Source: a virus (taxonomy: Duplodnaviria > Caudoviricetes). Taken from it: DNA of 53,737 nt. Under the pieces are notes generated by a model that did no database searches, had not been told where the DNA came from, and worked only from the letters and a program-made list of their open reading frames with translations. Positions 9,113 through 20,300 of the stretch are shown in pieces (the stretch's first letter is position 1; each line of letters begins with the position of its first letter). The stretch covers positions 1 through 53,737 of IMG/VR virus record IMGVR_UViG_3300017745_000008. The stretch is one strand, 5' to 3'. The translations under genes and the position numbers were made by a program.

Positions 9113-12100
9113 ATGCTAACTGCATTAACTCAACAACAAGCGAACGCCATCGCTTCAAATCTTTCTTTCGTGGTAGATCAAGCTCTTAACGCGTATGAGC
9201 AAACGCAAGGAGAAATAGAAATAAGTGCTAAGAGAAAGGCTTATAAAAAATTATACGTCGATTTACTCGGTAACGTACTAAATAGGATATTAGAAGAAAA
9301 ACCTTCGTCTATAATTCCTTTATATAATCAGTTAGCTTTCACGCTAGTGGAGCTAGGATTTAATGTTACTCTATTTGTAACTATACTGGTGTACTGTCAA
9401 GAGGTTTTATTTCAATCTATAGCGCAAAGCGGTGGCAGAAACGCTCAGCTAGAAAATTATATAGAAAGGTACATATCTGAAATTATAAAACAGATTACCC
9501 AAGAAAAATTATTTCAAAAGGGACTAAAGTCAGATCAGCTTATTCAATTAGTAGAAGAATATGCTCCGTCGTTTACTATAGAAAGAGAGGAGTACTTTAA
9601 AGACGAGATTTCAGAAAGAGTCTTGCATACCTTAATTCCTGAGTACCTTTACTGGGAATATCAAAAAGAACAATACAAAGAGGGCACTTCTTTTAGCACA
9701 AAAAGACTTACTATATATAATAAAAGAGTATACTCTTTGAATCAAGGTATAAGCCAACCGACGTTTTGGGATTTTAATAAAGAAGAATGGGCAGAGTTTA
9801 ATTCAAAATTTTTATCCAAAAAAGAAAGATTTTTAGATAAATTAAAAAACAACGCTGAGGTATATGTAAACCAAGTTCTTACTAACTCAAAAGATATTAA
9901 CGGTATTATATCAGATTCTGAAATAAAAGAAGTAAAAAGCTCGCTCACCTACGACGAAAAAGATCTTGGCCTTACATTTGCTGGTAAAGGAAAAGCGGTG
10001 CTAACAAATATTCTTTCACTAAAAGCAACGGTAAACTACTTTGGAGGGTACGAAGGATCTCCCATTGGAGATGTGGATTTTATTGCTAATTTTTGTGAAA
10101 AATTCTATGCAAGCTTATATGGTAGAGTTGCCAACACAGGTTTTGACGGAGAAGAAGGCGTAAGTCTCTTTGGAAGGTTTAACTCTCTTTTTCTTTCTGA
10201 AGAAAAAACAAACAAAATCGCTGGGTTGAATTTCTTAAATAATTTCAAGTCTTTAAGATCTTTCAAGCAAAAATTAAAACTTCCTGAAAGTACCTTAATA
10301 GAAGATAAGCCCGGTGAAGAAAACATTAAGATTATCAGTTATAATCCCATTTACGCTAAGTATAAGGATGGCATAGAAGATAAATATACGTACAAAAATC
10401 CCAATCCGTACTCTGATGAAGCTGACGTTGACATTGTTTTATTTGGAATAGAGAGACTTTTATCGCTTACAAATTTTGTTGCAGACGCTATTGACAGCCT
10501 TAACTCCTCATTAACAAAAGAAGGTCTGTTACCAGGATATGAAGGTTATGGTCCTATATCTATTGAAATTGCAGAACTTGGAAACGTATTTATTCCCACA
10601 AGAGTTCTTGCAGAAGACTATCAAGGCTCTAAAGTCTTACCAGGATTCAATGGCATGCTTTCTTACTTGTTAAGCTCTTATAGAAGGCTGTCAGACGTTT
10701 TATATCGCCCGCCATTAACCTCGGAGTCACTCACAGAGATCGCCTCTTGGGCTAGGAAAATTCAATTTAATCTAGAGCAGCTGAACTCTGGTATAGAAGG
10801 CATTGGGTACCTTCCAGGAAGTTTTGTACCAGATATTTCCTTCAAATTTTCTATTCTTGAAAAGAACGAATTAGCTAATCAGCTGAGATCTTTGAGCTTC
10901 CAAGAAGGAGAAATTGACTTGTTTTTATCTGCTGAATCTTTTGAAGATTTGCTATTAAAGTTTGCTCCAATAACGGACTCTAAAGACCAAATCTCTTTCT
11001 TCAGAGCTTATGAGTTATCTCAGCTAATCTACGAGTATGGTGGGGAAAGCGCAATAGATAGCTATATTAACTATCTCTACTTACAAGACGAAAATAACTT
11101 AGTAAATATATTAAATTTTGCTGTTAAAAATAAAAGCTCAGCGGTTATCTTTAACGAGAGCAAGTATGGGAAGCTAATTGGTTTGCTTATTAATCTCACT
11201 TTTGCAATTAATCCAGACCAACTGCAAGTCTTCAAAAAATATTTATCTGGAAACTATTTAGACCTGTTTGAGTCTATTTCTTATCTATTGCAAAATAAAG
11301 AAACAAATATGCTTCTAGACAAGGATAAAATTAACCTTTTAAAACCCATCACTGAATCTTTAATTTATGGGCAATCCGTCTTTGGTTACAACTCAAATTC
11401 AATAGACTATATGACCGCTAATGAAAATGCTCCTTTAGCCCTAAAGCAGTGGTCTAAGCTTATAGACAAAAACTTAGGAGGAGCATCAACTAATCTTATT
11501 CAGAATTTGTTTGATAAAAGCAACGGTCTAACACCTAAAGAGCTAATTTCTATTTTAAATACTAAAGACGCTAGAGGTCATAATGAATATGAACAGCTAA
11601 TAGATGGGTATAGTGGGGGAAGATTAACAAAAGTAATTAATTATGGATATTTAAGTGGGGTTTTGCAAAAACTTAGTTACTACTCTAATTCTTATCAAGT
11701 TCCTAATTTCTTTATATCTCCAGAAAATCCTATCGAGCTGGGTTCTCTTGTCTTTTTAGTTCAAAATCTATCAACTCTTTTAGATATAACAACTACAAGC
11801 TTTGTTAATTCTTTAGACTATAAGTTTGGCCAAAATGATATTGGGTTATACCCCTTTGAAAATATAGTTAATGCTCAAAATAAAAAGCCAGAAGAGTTCT
11901 TTAAAATAATCAAAGGCCTTATTCCTGTAGACGGAGACCTTACTAATATAGGAAGTCCCAAAGTTGATGGCCTAGCAGAAATCTTTAATTCTCCGGGTAT
12001 AGGTAATTCTCCTGTTCCAGAGTCTATACCTAGAGAAAAATCTATTACGCCAGAGCAGGCTAATTTATTCTCTCCTCAGATTAAAGAAAATTTTTCTTTT

Positions 12101-13012
12101 ATAGCTAATAAGGAGAGTTCTAGTATTACTGCAGCTGATATTATCAGCAAGTTTGTTACATTTGCAAAAGATCATAAGTCTCTCATAGAGGCTAATTCTG
12201 AAGATTTTAGAGATCCTTCTTCTCTTTCTCCGTACAGAAATATCAATAATATCTCTGAAAAAAGATCAAATATACTAGATAACGAAGTAACCAGTACCTT
12301 GAGTGCAGAAAATGCCGGGACGATAGAAAGAGTTGCAGAGATAAAAATTCCATCGACGTATCCTCAAGAAACTAAGGTTCAAGAAAAAATAAAAAACTCT
12401 GTGGCTGATGGACTAATTTCAGAAAAGTTAATTGAAAAATTTAGTCCTTTAGAATCGTGCAAAAAATTTGGCGGAAGTAAATGTGAATCTAGAGTAGAAA
12501 GTAACGTAAACTCTTGTAGTACTGCAATTAATAAGTCTATACTCTCCCAAAGAGATACAACTTCTTTCTCTCCTATAAATAATAACTCTATTATTATAGA
12601 TAGGCCCTACGGCTCTTTTTCTGAACTAAAACCCAAGGCTTTATTCCTACCCTACAGCGCCAACAATAAACCCGCATACTTCAAGCTTTTAGGAAACGAT
12701 CTAAAGATTAGTGATAAGGGAATACCTATTCAAAAGGAAATAAAAACAGATCCTGTAATTTTCTTAAAAAGAGAAGAAGAGGAAGCTAACGAGTCTTTAT
12801 ACGCCTCCTACTATAACACAGAATATGGGCTTATTGAGTCCATTAAGGGAGGCTTTGAAAAAGATGACTCTTTTAAGTGCTCTTTATTAGAGGACCCATA
12901 TGCCCATCTTGCCTGTATGAACCTGCTAAAATGTAAAAGATTTAAGAGAGGGCCGGGCGGCAAATTTTTAAATTTCTGTCCTAAAACTCTTTCTGGAGGC
13001 CTATTCAAATGA
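9113..13012 (+). CDS. Large hypothetical protein, probably virion-associated
   Basis: 1299 aa uninterrupted ORF, helical-looking, Cys-rich C-terminus, preceded by the late motif. Confidence 0.75.
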   Translation: MLTALTQQQANAIASNLSFVVDQALNAYEQTQGEIEISAKRKAYKKLYVDLLGNVLNRILEEKPSSIIPLYNQLAFTLVELGFNVTLFVTILVYCQEVLFQSIAQSGGRNAQLENYIERYISEIIKQITQEKLFQKGLKSDQLIQLVEEYAPSFTIEREEYFKDEISERVLHTLIPEYLYWEYQKEQYKEGTSFSTKRLTIYNKRVYSLNQGISQPTFWDFNKEEWAEFNSKFLSKKERFLDKLKNNAEVYVNQVLTNSKDINGIISDSEIKEVKSSLTYDEKDLGLTFAGKGKAVLTNILSLKATVNYFGGYEGSPIGDVDFIANFCEKFYASLYGRVANTGFDGEEGVSLFGRFNSLFLSEEKTNKIAGLNFLNNFKSLRSFKQKLKLPESTLIEDKPGEENIKIISYNPIYAKYKDGIEDKYTYKNPNPYSDEADVDIVLFGIERLLSLTNFVADAIDSLNSSLTKEGLLPGYEGYGPISIEIAELGNVFIPTRVLAEDYQGSKVLPGFNGMLSYLLSSYRRLSDVLYRPPLTSESLTEIASWARKIQFNLEQLNSGIEGIGYLPGSFVPDISFKFSILEKNELANQLRSLSFQEGEIDLFLSAESFEDLLLKFAPITDSKDQISFFRAYELSQLIYEYGGESAIDSYINYLYLQDENNLVNILNFAVKNKSSAVIFNESKYGKLIGLLINLTFAINPDQLQVFKKYLSGNYLDLFESISYLLQNKETNMLLDKDKINLLKPITESLIYGQSVFGYNSNSIDYMTANENAPLALKQWSKLIDKNLGGASTNLIQNLFDKSNGLTPKELISILNTKDARGHNEYEQLIDGYSGGRLTKVINYGYLSGVLQKLSYYSNSYQVPNFFISPENPIELGSLVFLVQNLSTLLDITTTSFVNSLDYKFGQNDIGLYPFENIVNAQNKKPEEFFKIIKGLIPVDGDLTNIGSPKVDGLAEIFNSPGIGNSPVPESIPREKSITPEQANLFSPQIKENFSFIANKESSSITAADIISKFVTFAKDHKSLIEANSEDFRDPSSLSPYRNINNISEKRSNILDNEVTSTLSAENAGTIERVAEIKIPSTYPQETKVQEKIKNSVADGLISEKLIEKFSPLESCKKFGGSKCESRVESNVNSCSTAINKSILSQRDTTSFSPINNNSIIIDRPYGSFSELKPKALFLPYSANNKPAYFKLLGNDLKISDKGIPIQKEIKTDPVIFLKREEEEANESLYASYYNTEYGLIESIKGGFEKDDSFKCSLLEDPYAHLACMNLLKCKRFKRGPGGKFLNFCPKTLSGGLFK

Positions 13013-13833
13013 GAATATCTACGAGTTTTTTAATTGACTCTAAAGACGTAAAGATTTTATCTTTTAATAAATCTCAAAGATCATCTTTTAATTACGTTAA
13101 ATTTTTTGACGAAGAAGAGATATCTTCTGACGAAGCGTATTTGTACAAACAAAAAACTAATTCTATGGTAGTATCCATAGACACAAATTCTCCGCAACCA
13201 ATTAAAGAATTTAAGCTTACAAACCAAAATATTTTAACTTGGGATGACCTGTGGATAGAAGAAGATAGCACGTACAGTGTAGATCCAAAAATAGAGGTGA
13301 TGAATTTACAAAGAAACTCTTTGCTCTATGCTAATTTTAACTTAAAAAGAAGCTATTTAAAAAATTTAAATTTAGAAGGAAACCCTGATTTAAAATCTTT
13401 TGTGGCGACAGAGCTAGAAAATTTAGAAGTTTTAAATTTAAATGATTGCTTAAGCTTAGAAGTAATTAACTTGGGATACTCTAAAAATATCAAAGTATTA
13501 AGTTTAAAGAATTGTAGACTTACAGAAGAAGCTATGGAGAGGGCGTTATTTTCTTTTACGCCTACACTAACATCTTCTTCAAATATTATACCCGGAACCA
13601 TTCCGCCCTTTAGAAAGAATTATTCCACTATGATAGATCTACGTGGAAATGATATCAACTGGGGGAATACTAGGATTGCTTCTAAAATAAGATTATTAGT
13701 CACTAATAACTGGCTTGTTTTATGGGATAATCCCCCTCCTACGAGTATAATACCGATACAAATGTACGCATTCTTCCCTAAGAATATTAAAGAAACGCAA
13801 ATTAATCAACACTATGGCAGACCTTCGATCTAG
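13009..13833 (+). CDS. Leucine-rich-repeat-containing protein
   Basis: LKNLNLEGNPDL, LEVLNLNDCLSL, IKVLSLKNCRL, IDLRGN repeats. Confidence 0.7.
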   Translation: MRISTSFLIDSKDVKILSFNKSQRSSFNYVKFFDEEEISSDEAYLYKQKTNSMVVSIDTNSPQPIKEFKLTNQNILTWDDLWIEEDSTYSVDPKIEVMNLQRNSLLYANFNLKRSYLKNLNLEGNPDLKSFVATELENLEVLNLNDCLSLEVINLGYSKNIKVLSLKNCRLTEEAMERALFSFTPTLTSSSNIIPGTIPPFRKNYSTMIDLRGNDINWGNTRIASKIRLLVTNNWLVLWDNPPPTSIIPIQMYAFFPKNIKETQINQHYGRPSI

Positions 13834-14752
13834 ATTTATTGAAGATTACGCCGGAGGATTGTTAAATGTCTCCAGGCAAGAATTGGCCAGCACAGGAGAA
13901 GTGCTTTCTCAAGATGGGCTACTTTCTGACTCCACTCTATTTGTAGAAGATGGATCAGGCACAAAAAGTGGGCTGATGCTTGGCACTTCTTTATGTGAAG
14001 TTGTTGACCCAACAACGGACCAGGGAGCGGTAAACGTCAGATTCGCAAATAGGACTTACGCTGGGATCAGAGACTTAAAAATATTTTCTACAGCAATTGC
14101 CTCTGCGCAAGCAGCATTGGCAGATGCTTCTTCCTCCTCTATTACAAATTTAGAGAACGCTTTCGAGTTATTGGAAGACTCCGTTTCTACTATCGCAAAT
14201 AGCTTTGATTCTAGATCTGACCAGGTAGATTCCAAACTTTCTAGAATTGACGATTTAACCGCGGTAGAGACTAGTTTGACAGAAGTACTTGCTGAGCAGT
14301 CCGCTCTATCAGATAAAAACCAAGTAAACGCTGATTCTATCGAAGATATCTACAAGCGAGTTAGAAAAGTAAATAATCTTGCGCTATCAGCGTTTAATAG
14401 CTTTGGTAGCGTTGTTTCTATCTCGGTTCTTTCATCTGCTAATACTAGTAGGACTGCCGGTAATTACGATATAGATAATTTATCTGGAAGCAACGGATCT
14501 GATTTAGATTTAACAATATCTGTAGATGTAAATGGCTTAGCTTCTATAACCTCTATAGATGACACCGGAGCAAACTTCTTAGAAGGAGAAACTGTTACTA
14601 TTCCAGATTCTGACCTTGGAAACGGAGGAGCTGAAGATCTCAGACTAAGAGTTAGTCAGGTTTCAGAAAATATAACAGACTTAAATAAAATAGTACCTCA
14701 AATTAAAGACTTAATAAGCAAAGTTAATGAAATAATCACAGCTTTTGCTTAG
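13814..14752 (+). CDS. Putative fibre/structural protein with coiled coil
   Basis: 312 aa; central coiled coil; GANFLEGETVTIPDSDLG beta-repeat typical of cyanophage fibres. Confidence 0.55.
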   Translation: MADLRSRFIEDYAGGLLNVSRQELASTGEVLSQDGLLSDSTLFVEDGSGTKSGLMLGTSLCEVVDPTTDQGAVNVRFANRTYAGIRDLKIFSTAIASAQAALADASSSSITNLENAFELLEDSVSTIANSFDSRSDQVDSKLSRIDDLTAVETSLTEVLAEQSALSDKNQVNADSIEDIYKRVRKVNNLALSAFNSFGSVVSISVLSSANTSRTAGNYDIDNLSGSNGSDLDLTISVDVNGLASITSIDDTGANFLEGETVTIPDSDLGNGGAEDLRLRVSQVSENITDLNKIVPQIKDLISKVNEIITAFA

Positions 14753-15093
14753 GCAAAAGTTTCTTGGAGAATTGCTCTTTCTAGTCTTACGGAGTATAAA
14801 GGTCCTATTTTTTTAAATATAATAAATATTATTCCTTCTTCTTTGTCTTTTTCTGTAGGTAGGAGTTGGTCTGTTACACTGTCCAAAGTATCTTTACCTC
14901 CAAGCATTTCGCTAATATCATCTTTATCGAACATCCAAGTAATATCGCTATTGTCTTTAGTCGCAACATACAAGGCAATAGGACCTCCATCTTGAGCGAT
15001 TTTTTTGAACATAGGAGTAAGCTCTTTCTCATCACGAGAAAGATTTTCAAAAATAGATTTTATCTTTTTTCGATCTTGTGGACTTTCAAACAT
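14749..15093 (-). CDS. Hypothetical protein
   Basis: 114 aa, coupled to the deaminase gene. Confidence 0.65.
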   Translation of the reverse strand: MFESPQDRKKIKSIFENLSRDEKELTPMFKKIAQDGGPIALYVATKDNSDITWMFDKDDISEMLGGKDTLDSVTDQLLPTEKDKEEGIIFIIFKKIGPLYSVRLERAILQETFA

Positions 15094-15500
15094 TACATTT
15101 TTTCTACGTTAACGCCTAATTTTCTTAGTACGTTTATACCATCTCCAATGCGGTACTCATTTCTATAGTATACAGTTTTAATACCGCTTTGTGCAATCAT
15201 TTTAGAGCAATCTGGACAAGGACTGTGAGTGCAAAATAGCTCGGACTTATCAATTGATTCTGAAGACTTAGCCATTTTTATAAGAGCATTCTGTTCGGCG
15301 TGAAGAACAAAGGGATTTGTACTGCCATCTTCTAGTTCGCAGCAATTAGTGTGAAAACCAGACGGTGTACCGTTCCAGCCATGCGCCAAGATACTTCCGT
15401 TTTTAACCACAATTGCTCCTACTTTTAATTTAGTACAATTTGAAACCTGGGCAAAAAGTTCAGCTGTTTTCATATATGCTTCTTTTATTTCTGGTTTCAT
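15093..15500 (-). CDS. dCMP deaminase
   Basis: KVGAIVV, HGWNG, HAE and PCPDC zinc motifs. Confidence 0.92.
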   Translation of the reverse strand: MKPEIKEAYMKTAELFAQVSNCTKLKVGAIVVKNGSILAHGWNGTPSGFHTNCCELEDGSTNPFVLHAEQNALIKMAKSSESIDKSELFCTHSPCPDCSKMIAQSGIKTVYYRNEYRIGDGINVLRKLGVNVEKM

Positions 15501-15530
15501 AGTCTTAGTATATCTGACTATATTATATCA

Positions 15531-15791
15531 TTAAATAGGCTTATGTTTGATATCTTTAATACCTTGTTCTTCTTTTAGGTACTTTTTATACGCCTCAAAA
15601 TGCCGCATGTCCTCTTCACCTAAAAAAACTTTACCGGTTTTAAATGGCCGAACCCTCTTCTTCTCTGCGGGTTTTTCTTCAACCTCACTCGGCTCGGGGT
15701 CCGTAAAAAAGTTCTCGAGCTCTTCTTGAGGGATTTTTGACGGAGTTTCGTCTTTAGTCAGCTTGCTTAGCCTTGCTTTTCTAGTAGTCAT
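15531..15791 (-). CDS. Hypothetical protein
   Basis: Likely start MTTRKAR at 15791, overlapping upstream stop. Confidence 0.55.
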   Translation of the reverse strand: MTTRKARLSKLTKDETPSKIPQEELENFFTDPEPSEVEEKPAEKKRVRPFKTGKVFLGEEDMRHFEAYKKYLKEEQGIKDIKHKPI

Positions 15792-16189
15792 ATTCTTCTT
15801 CTCTTGCAACTTGAGCACCCAGCCCAACCCTGCACTCTAGAAGGCCCGGGGTACTGAGTACCAGGAGCGTCTCCCGTGGGACTTACTTCGTAAAGGCCTG
15901 GAGCAAGAGTCGAGGCATTTTTTGTCTTGGCTTTTTCTGTCCAGTTTTGCCATCCCCACATGTCTTCTGAGCCGTATACGTGAGGATTTTGTTCTGTGTC
16001 TTGTGCCATTATTCTTCGTGTGTTGTACTGAGGGCCTTGATTGACTCTGTTAGAGCTTCTTAAATATCTTTCTTGAGCTAGTGCTTGTTTGACATAATCA
16101 TTGTTTTGAGTAGGTCTTGCTCTATAGTCCGAATTTGTACGAGATTCAGTCCAATGCCCGTACGGAGAACTTGAAGAATTTATTGCCAT
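15788..16189 (-). CDS. Hypothetical protein with C-terminal CSSC
   Basis: 133 aa ORF downstream of late motif at 16211-16218. Confidence 0.65.
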   Translation of the reverse strand: MAINSSSSPYGHWTESRTNSDYRARPTQNNDYVKQALAQERYLRSSNRVNQGPQYNTRRIMAQDTEQNPHVYGSEDMWGWQNWTEKAKTKNASTLAPGLYEVSPTGDAPGTQYPGPSRVQGWAGCSSCKRRRI

Positions 16190-16210
16190 ATCTTATCTCT
16201 TCTAAGATGT

Positions 16211-16243
16211 CTTTAAACAAAAAATCAAAATTAAGGTTTAAAG
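16211..16243. promoter_or_regulatory. Divergent pair of putative late promoter motifs
   Basis: GTTTAAAG on minus (16211-16218) and on plus (16236-16243), each facing an ATG. Confidence 0.6.
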
Positions 16244-16270
16244 AAAGTTACGTATATATAATCACAAACC

Positions 16271-16615
16271 ATGCCTTCTAGCAAAATGTCACGGCCAGGA
16301 GTAGAAGAAGATCAAGAAAGTAGCTTTGAAAATTTTGATTTCGGCGAACCAGAAATAATCCCTGTAGAGATATCTCAAGGGAAGTATCTCTATCTAAAAG
16401 AGCCTTGTGCTGACGACCTTATTAATATTTCTGAAATTAATAGTAACGAGAAAATTAGTGAAATTGAAGCGACTCTTCAAACAATTTGTGTTCTTCATTA
16501 TCCTCAAAATGGCGGCAAAAGACTCTCTTTAAAAGATGCAAAAAAATTAACTGCGCGGCATCTTAAGAAGATTGGTGAAGCATTGAACACCTTATTAGGT
16601 GGTGATGAACAATAA
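16271..16615 (+). CDS. Tail assembly chaperone (Mu gp41-like)
   Basis: YLKEPCADDL...LSLKDAKKLTARHLKKIGEAL pattern; upstream of sheath. Confidence 0.55.
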   Translation: MPSSKMSRPGVEEDQESSFENFDFGEPEIIPVEISQGKYLYLKEPCADDLINISEINSNEKISEIEATLQTICVLHYPQNGGKRLSLKDAKKLTARHLKKIGEALNTLLGGDEQ

Positions 16616-17030
16616 ATACTCTTTGAGTAGAGAGCACAATTATACGATTTTAATAACCGATAAAAATAAAAAGTCACTTTCATTTAGAGATATTACGGGG
16701 GAAGACCTAGAATACTTAGAAAGATTTTTTCAAGAAGGTAAGACTCTATCTATAGAGGAAACTATAGGTATTTTAGAGCTCGTAAACGTATCTGATGTAC
16801 GAATTAGTAAGCTTACGTTAAGAGTAATAAGGGAAGTATTTGATATAGTTACAAAAGAAATACTTTGTAATTATATGCCTAAATTTAAGTGGTTAGAAGT
16901 TTGTTACGCTCTACAAAATAATTCCTTTGTCGCGCTGAAATTTTTTGAATCACAACCAATGACAAAAGTAATGGCGATGATTCAAGTACATCAAAATGCA
17001 ATTGCTGAAATGAAGAAACCCCAAAAATAA
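16605..17030 (+). CDS. Second tail-assembly-chaperone-like protein
   Basis: FRDITGEDLEYLE...ISKLTLRVIREVFD; ATG at 16605 overlaps the end of the upstream gene. Confidence 0.45.
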   Translation: MNNKYSLSREHNYTILITDKNKKSLSFRDITGEDLEYLERFFQEGKTLSIEETIGILELVNVSDVRISKLTLRVIREVFDIVTKEILCNYMPKFKWLEVCYALQNNSFVALKFFESQPMTKVMAMIQVHQNAIAEMKKPQK

Positions 17031-17273
17031 ATGACCGATGAACTTCGCCTAAAACTTATCCTTATTCTTTGCTCGATAGCCACTCAGCAAGATCAAATTA
17101 GGCTAAAAGAGTTCGTGCTAGTTTGCTCTTACCATGTAACAGACGTAGATTTTAATAAAATAATGAGAAAAGCTTTAAAAATATTAGATATTCAAAAATG
17201 CGGGTCTGAAAGCTGCCCAGACTGGCTAATGAATAACCTTTTTGAATTGTATAGAAATAGTACAGAAGATTAA
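17031..17273 (+). CDS. Hypothetical protein
   Basis: 80 aa, abuts previous stop. Confidence 0.6.
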   Translation: MTDELRLKLILILCSIATQQDQIRLKEFVLVCSYHVTDVDFNKIMRKALKILDIQKCGSESCPDWLMNNLFELYRNSTED

Positions 17274-17292
17274 AGATTAAAAAAGACTGTTT

Positions 17293-17300
17293 GTTTAAAG
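17293..17300 (+). promoter_or_regulatory. Putative late promoter motif GTTTAAAG
   Basis: Intergenic, about 40 bp upstream of sheath ATG. Confidence 0.6.
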
Positions 17301-17339
17301 GTCTTCTGAAAGGCCTCTTACTTTGTAAAGAATTATTTT

Positions 17340-20300
17340 ATGGCTAATCCTGTAAACATTAATGTAGGCGCTATTCAGCGTCCTGGAGTGTTTGTTACTC
17401 AGTCATCGACTGGTGGATTACCTCAACCCATAGCTTCTCATGCTATTGGTTATATCTTTGGATCTACTCCTGTAGACCCATATGATACAAATCCCGTTGA
17501 CGAGTATTCAGCTCTCCCACCATATCAACCAACACAGATTGGTTCATTAGAAGATTTTGTTCAAAAAGCAGGCGGTACGCCATCTGCTTCGACTAACCCG
17601 CAATCAATGATCTCTTACGATTCCGTAAAGTCATTCTTTGAAAACGTGGGTGTGAACGGAATCCTCTATTATACCCGCGTAACCCCAACACCCGAGTCGA
17701 AGGTTGTTGTAAATAAAGGCGCTGGTTGGAATCTTTTTGCTTTAAAGATCGGCGATCGTTACTTTGGAGATAAATCCTTAGGTGTTAACGACTCGGACGG
17801 TGTTGCTATTAAAGTGATCACAACTACAGCTCTTGATGCTGACGACAACGCCTTTGATATCGTCGGCTACCTTGGCAAAACTGATCCTGATTTTAACACA
17901 TTCTATAAGATTGAGCAAGACGAAGTAGAAGCATCGAACGCAACTTTTAGAATTTATTCTAAAGACTCCCGCGTAATTCCAGCCATTCAAAGCTTTAAAG
18001 GATATAAAATCTCTGATACCGCTTATGCATCTCCTACGGATGCTGGTGTTGTTAGTCGTTATATCCCCGTTAAAGAACTCAACTTCCGTTGTGTTTCTAG
18101 AGACGTATCCACACAAGAGCCTATTCTCTTTGTATCTGGTGCCGCGATCGGAAACTTCTTAGGAGAAACTTCTAAGACCGTTAAAACAGATTCTTCGGCC
18201 GCCTTTACTGCCTCTACCGGAGTGGTAAAAGTTGCAGACATCGATGATCTTACGATCGGCGGTGTGGCTCTTGCTGCAGGCGACAAGATCGCATTTGAAG
18301 GAGCAGCTGGTGAACTTCCTACTGGAAATATCTTCTATAGCACAGTATATTCAGTATTAAGTGTAGATGCTGGCACTGACACCTTTATTATTAATAACGG
18401 ATCAAATGCGGCTCTTACATTTACCAGCAACGACTTAACGTCTGTAGTTACAGTTCGCAGACTTGCCTATGACCCTTCAGTTGCTGCTGATAACCAGCAA
18501 GCAATCGAGGACTTCCTGGTTGACCAAGAAGTATATGCTTCTGCTTCTGCCATCCCTGATGACAAAATCGTTGCAATTTCAACAGACGAAAGAGTTGGAA
18601 AAGACGATCATGTTCGTTGGGCCGATGCTGCCGCTGCTTACTATCAGTGGAACGCTTCTGGCCTTACCTTTACTCCTGGTGCTGATGGAACAGGTCTTAC
18701 TAAAATTCCTCAAGGAACAATTACTTCCGTTGGTGGCAACGTAAATAGACTTGGATATGTTCCTGACACTATTCAATCCTTCTACGTTAACATTGCTGGA
18801 GAAAACAGGGTAATCATTGCTAACGGCGCTACTCCTGCTGAGCTCACAGAGAGTGTTTCTTCTTCTATTAGAGAAATCCTTGAAGAGAAAGAGCTAGAAG
18901 CTTTCTATGATGTTGAGTCAGTTTTAGAAGACTACGAGACATCTCTTGGAACAAACCAATATGCTCCTAATAACGGCGAAGCAATTGGCGCTAGCTTAAG
19001 TGTAACAGGTGCTCCGGCACTTCGTCCTTCCAACGATGGAAAGGCACTTACAGGGGCCGTTTTAGTTACCTCTGGTTCTACAACTATCCAAGGATTTGTT
19101 TCTCCTCAGACAAGCAATAGCCAAACAGTTGAACTCTTGGCAAGCGGAGCTTTATTAGGTTCAGGCACGGAATTCCTTTCATCCATTGCCCCCGGATACA
19201 GAATCCTTATTGGATCTAACAGTTATGAAGTTGTTGAAGTTACTTCTAACACTCAGGCTATCGTAAGTAACCTTGCTGGAGCCACCGAAAATAGTAGTTC
19301 ATCTTGGAGCGTTGTATCTACAAGATTTACTGAAGACTTATATGCTGGATCCTATGTTGTTATCAACGGATACAGATTTGAAGTTGCCAGTGTGACTAAT
19401 GACGCAGCTTTCGTAGTAACGACCGCTCCTGCATTCACTGCTAGCTCTACCACAGTCTTCCTAGACAGTTCTATCGCCAACGGATTCTATCGTCACGATT
19501 ATGTTCTTAAGGTAAAGATTACATCTAAAAATGGTATTCCTTCCCCTGTTGTTGCTGGTCTTGACCGCTATGGCAAAAAGGATTCTAACGTTTCAAGAGT
19601 TAACTCTTTGAGTGAAGCTGCTGACTTTGTTAACTACAAACTCTCGGCAAAAGCGCGCTCTCAAGACTTTGTGTACGCTATTGAGCAAGGTATGGGATCA
19701 GGCGATTATCGCCCCGGATTCTTACTTGCACCTGAAGCGTTCGGTTCATTCAAAGCCACTGCAGGCGGAATGACTAAAACTCAAGCTCGTGAGGAAAGAG
19801 TAAAAGTTACCCAATCATTACTCAGAGCTGCCGAAGGTAAGCTTGGAGAAGTTGAGGGTATCTCTGGAACTCAGCATATCGCTCTCATTGATTGCGGAGC
19901 TGATGAACTCAGTCTTAGCGAAGTGCAAGATGAGCTTGCCTTTGTTAAAGGAGCCGCCGGCGTACCTTTTGGTCACGGTGCTTTCTACGCTCCTTACATT
20001 AAAAACTCAAGCGGACGTTTTGTGCCGCCTAGTAGCTTTATTGCCGGTATTGCCTGTTCTCGTTATGTGAACGAAGGCTTCCAGCAAGCACCTGCAGGAG
20101 CAAGATATCCACTAAGAGGAGCCACTGGCCTCCGCTTTGATATCACGGCTCAGCAACAAGAAGTTACTTATCCTTTAGGCCTCAATCCAATTAGGAGCCT
20201 TCCTAATAGAGGAATTGTTGCTTGGGGTGCTCGTACAATGAGCTCCAATGCGCTCTTTAAGTTTGTCAACACACGTGCGATTCTAAACGTACTTCTTGAC

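Noticed and set aside
16590-16620. Programmed frameshift site in tail chaperones
   Set aside because: No XXXYYYZ slippery sequence at the junction
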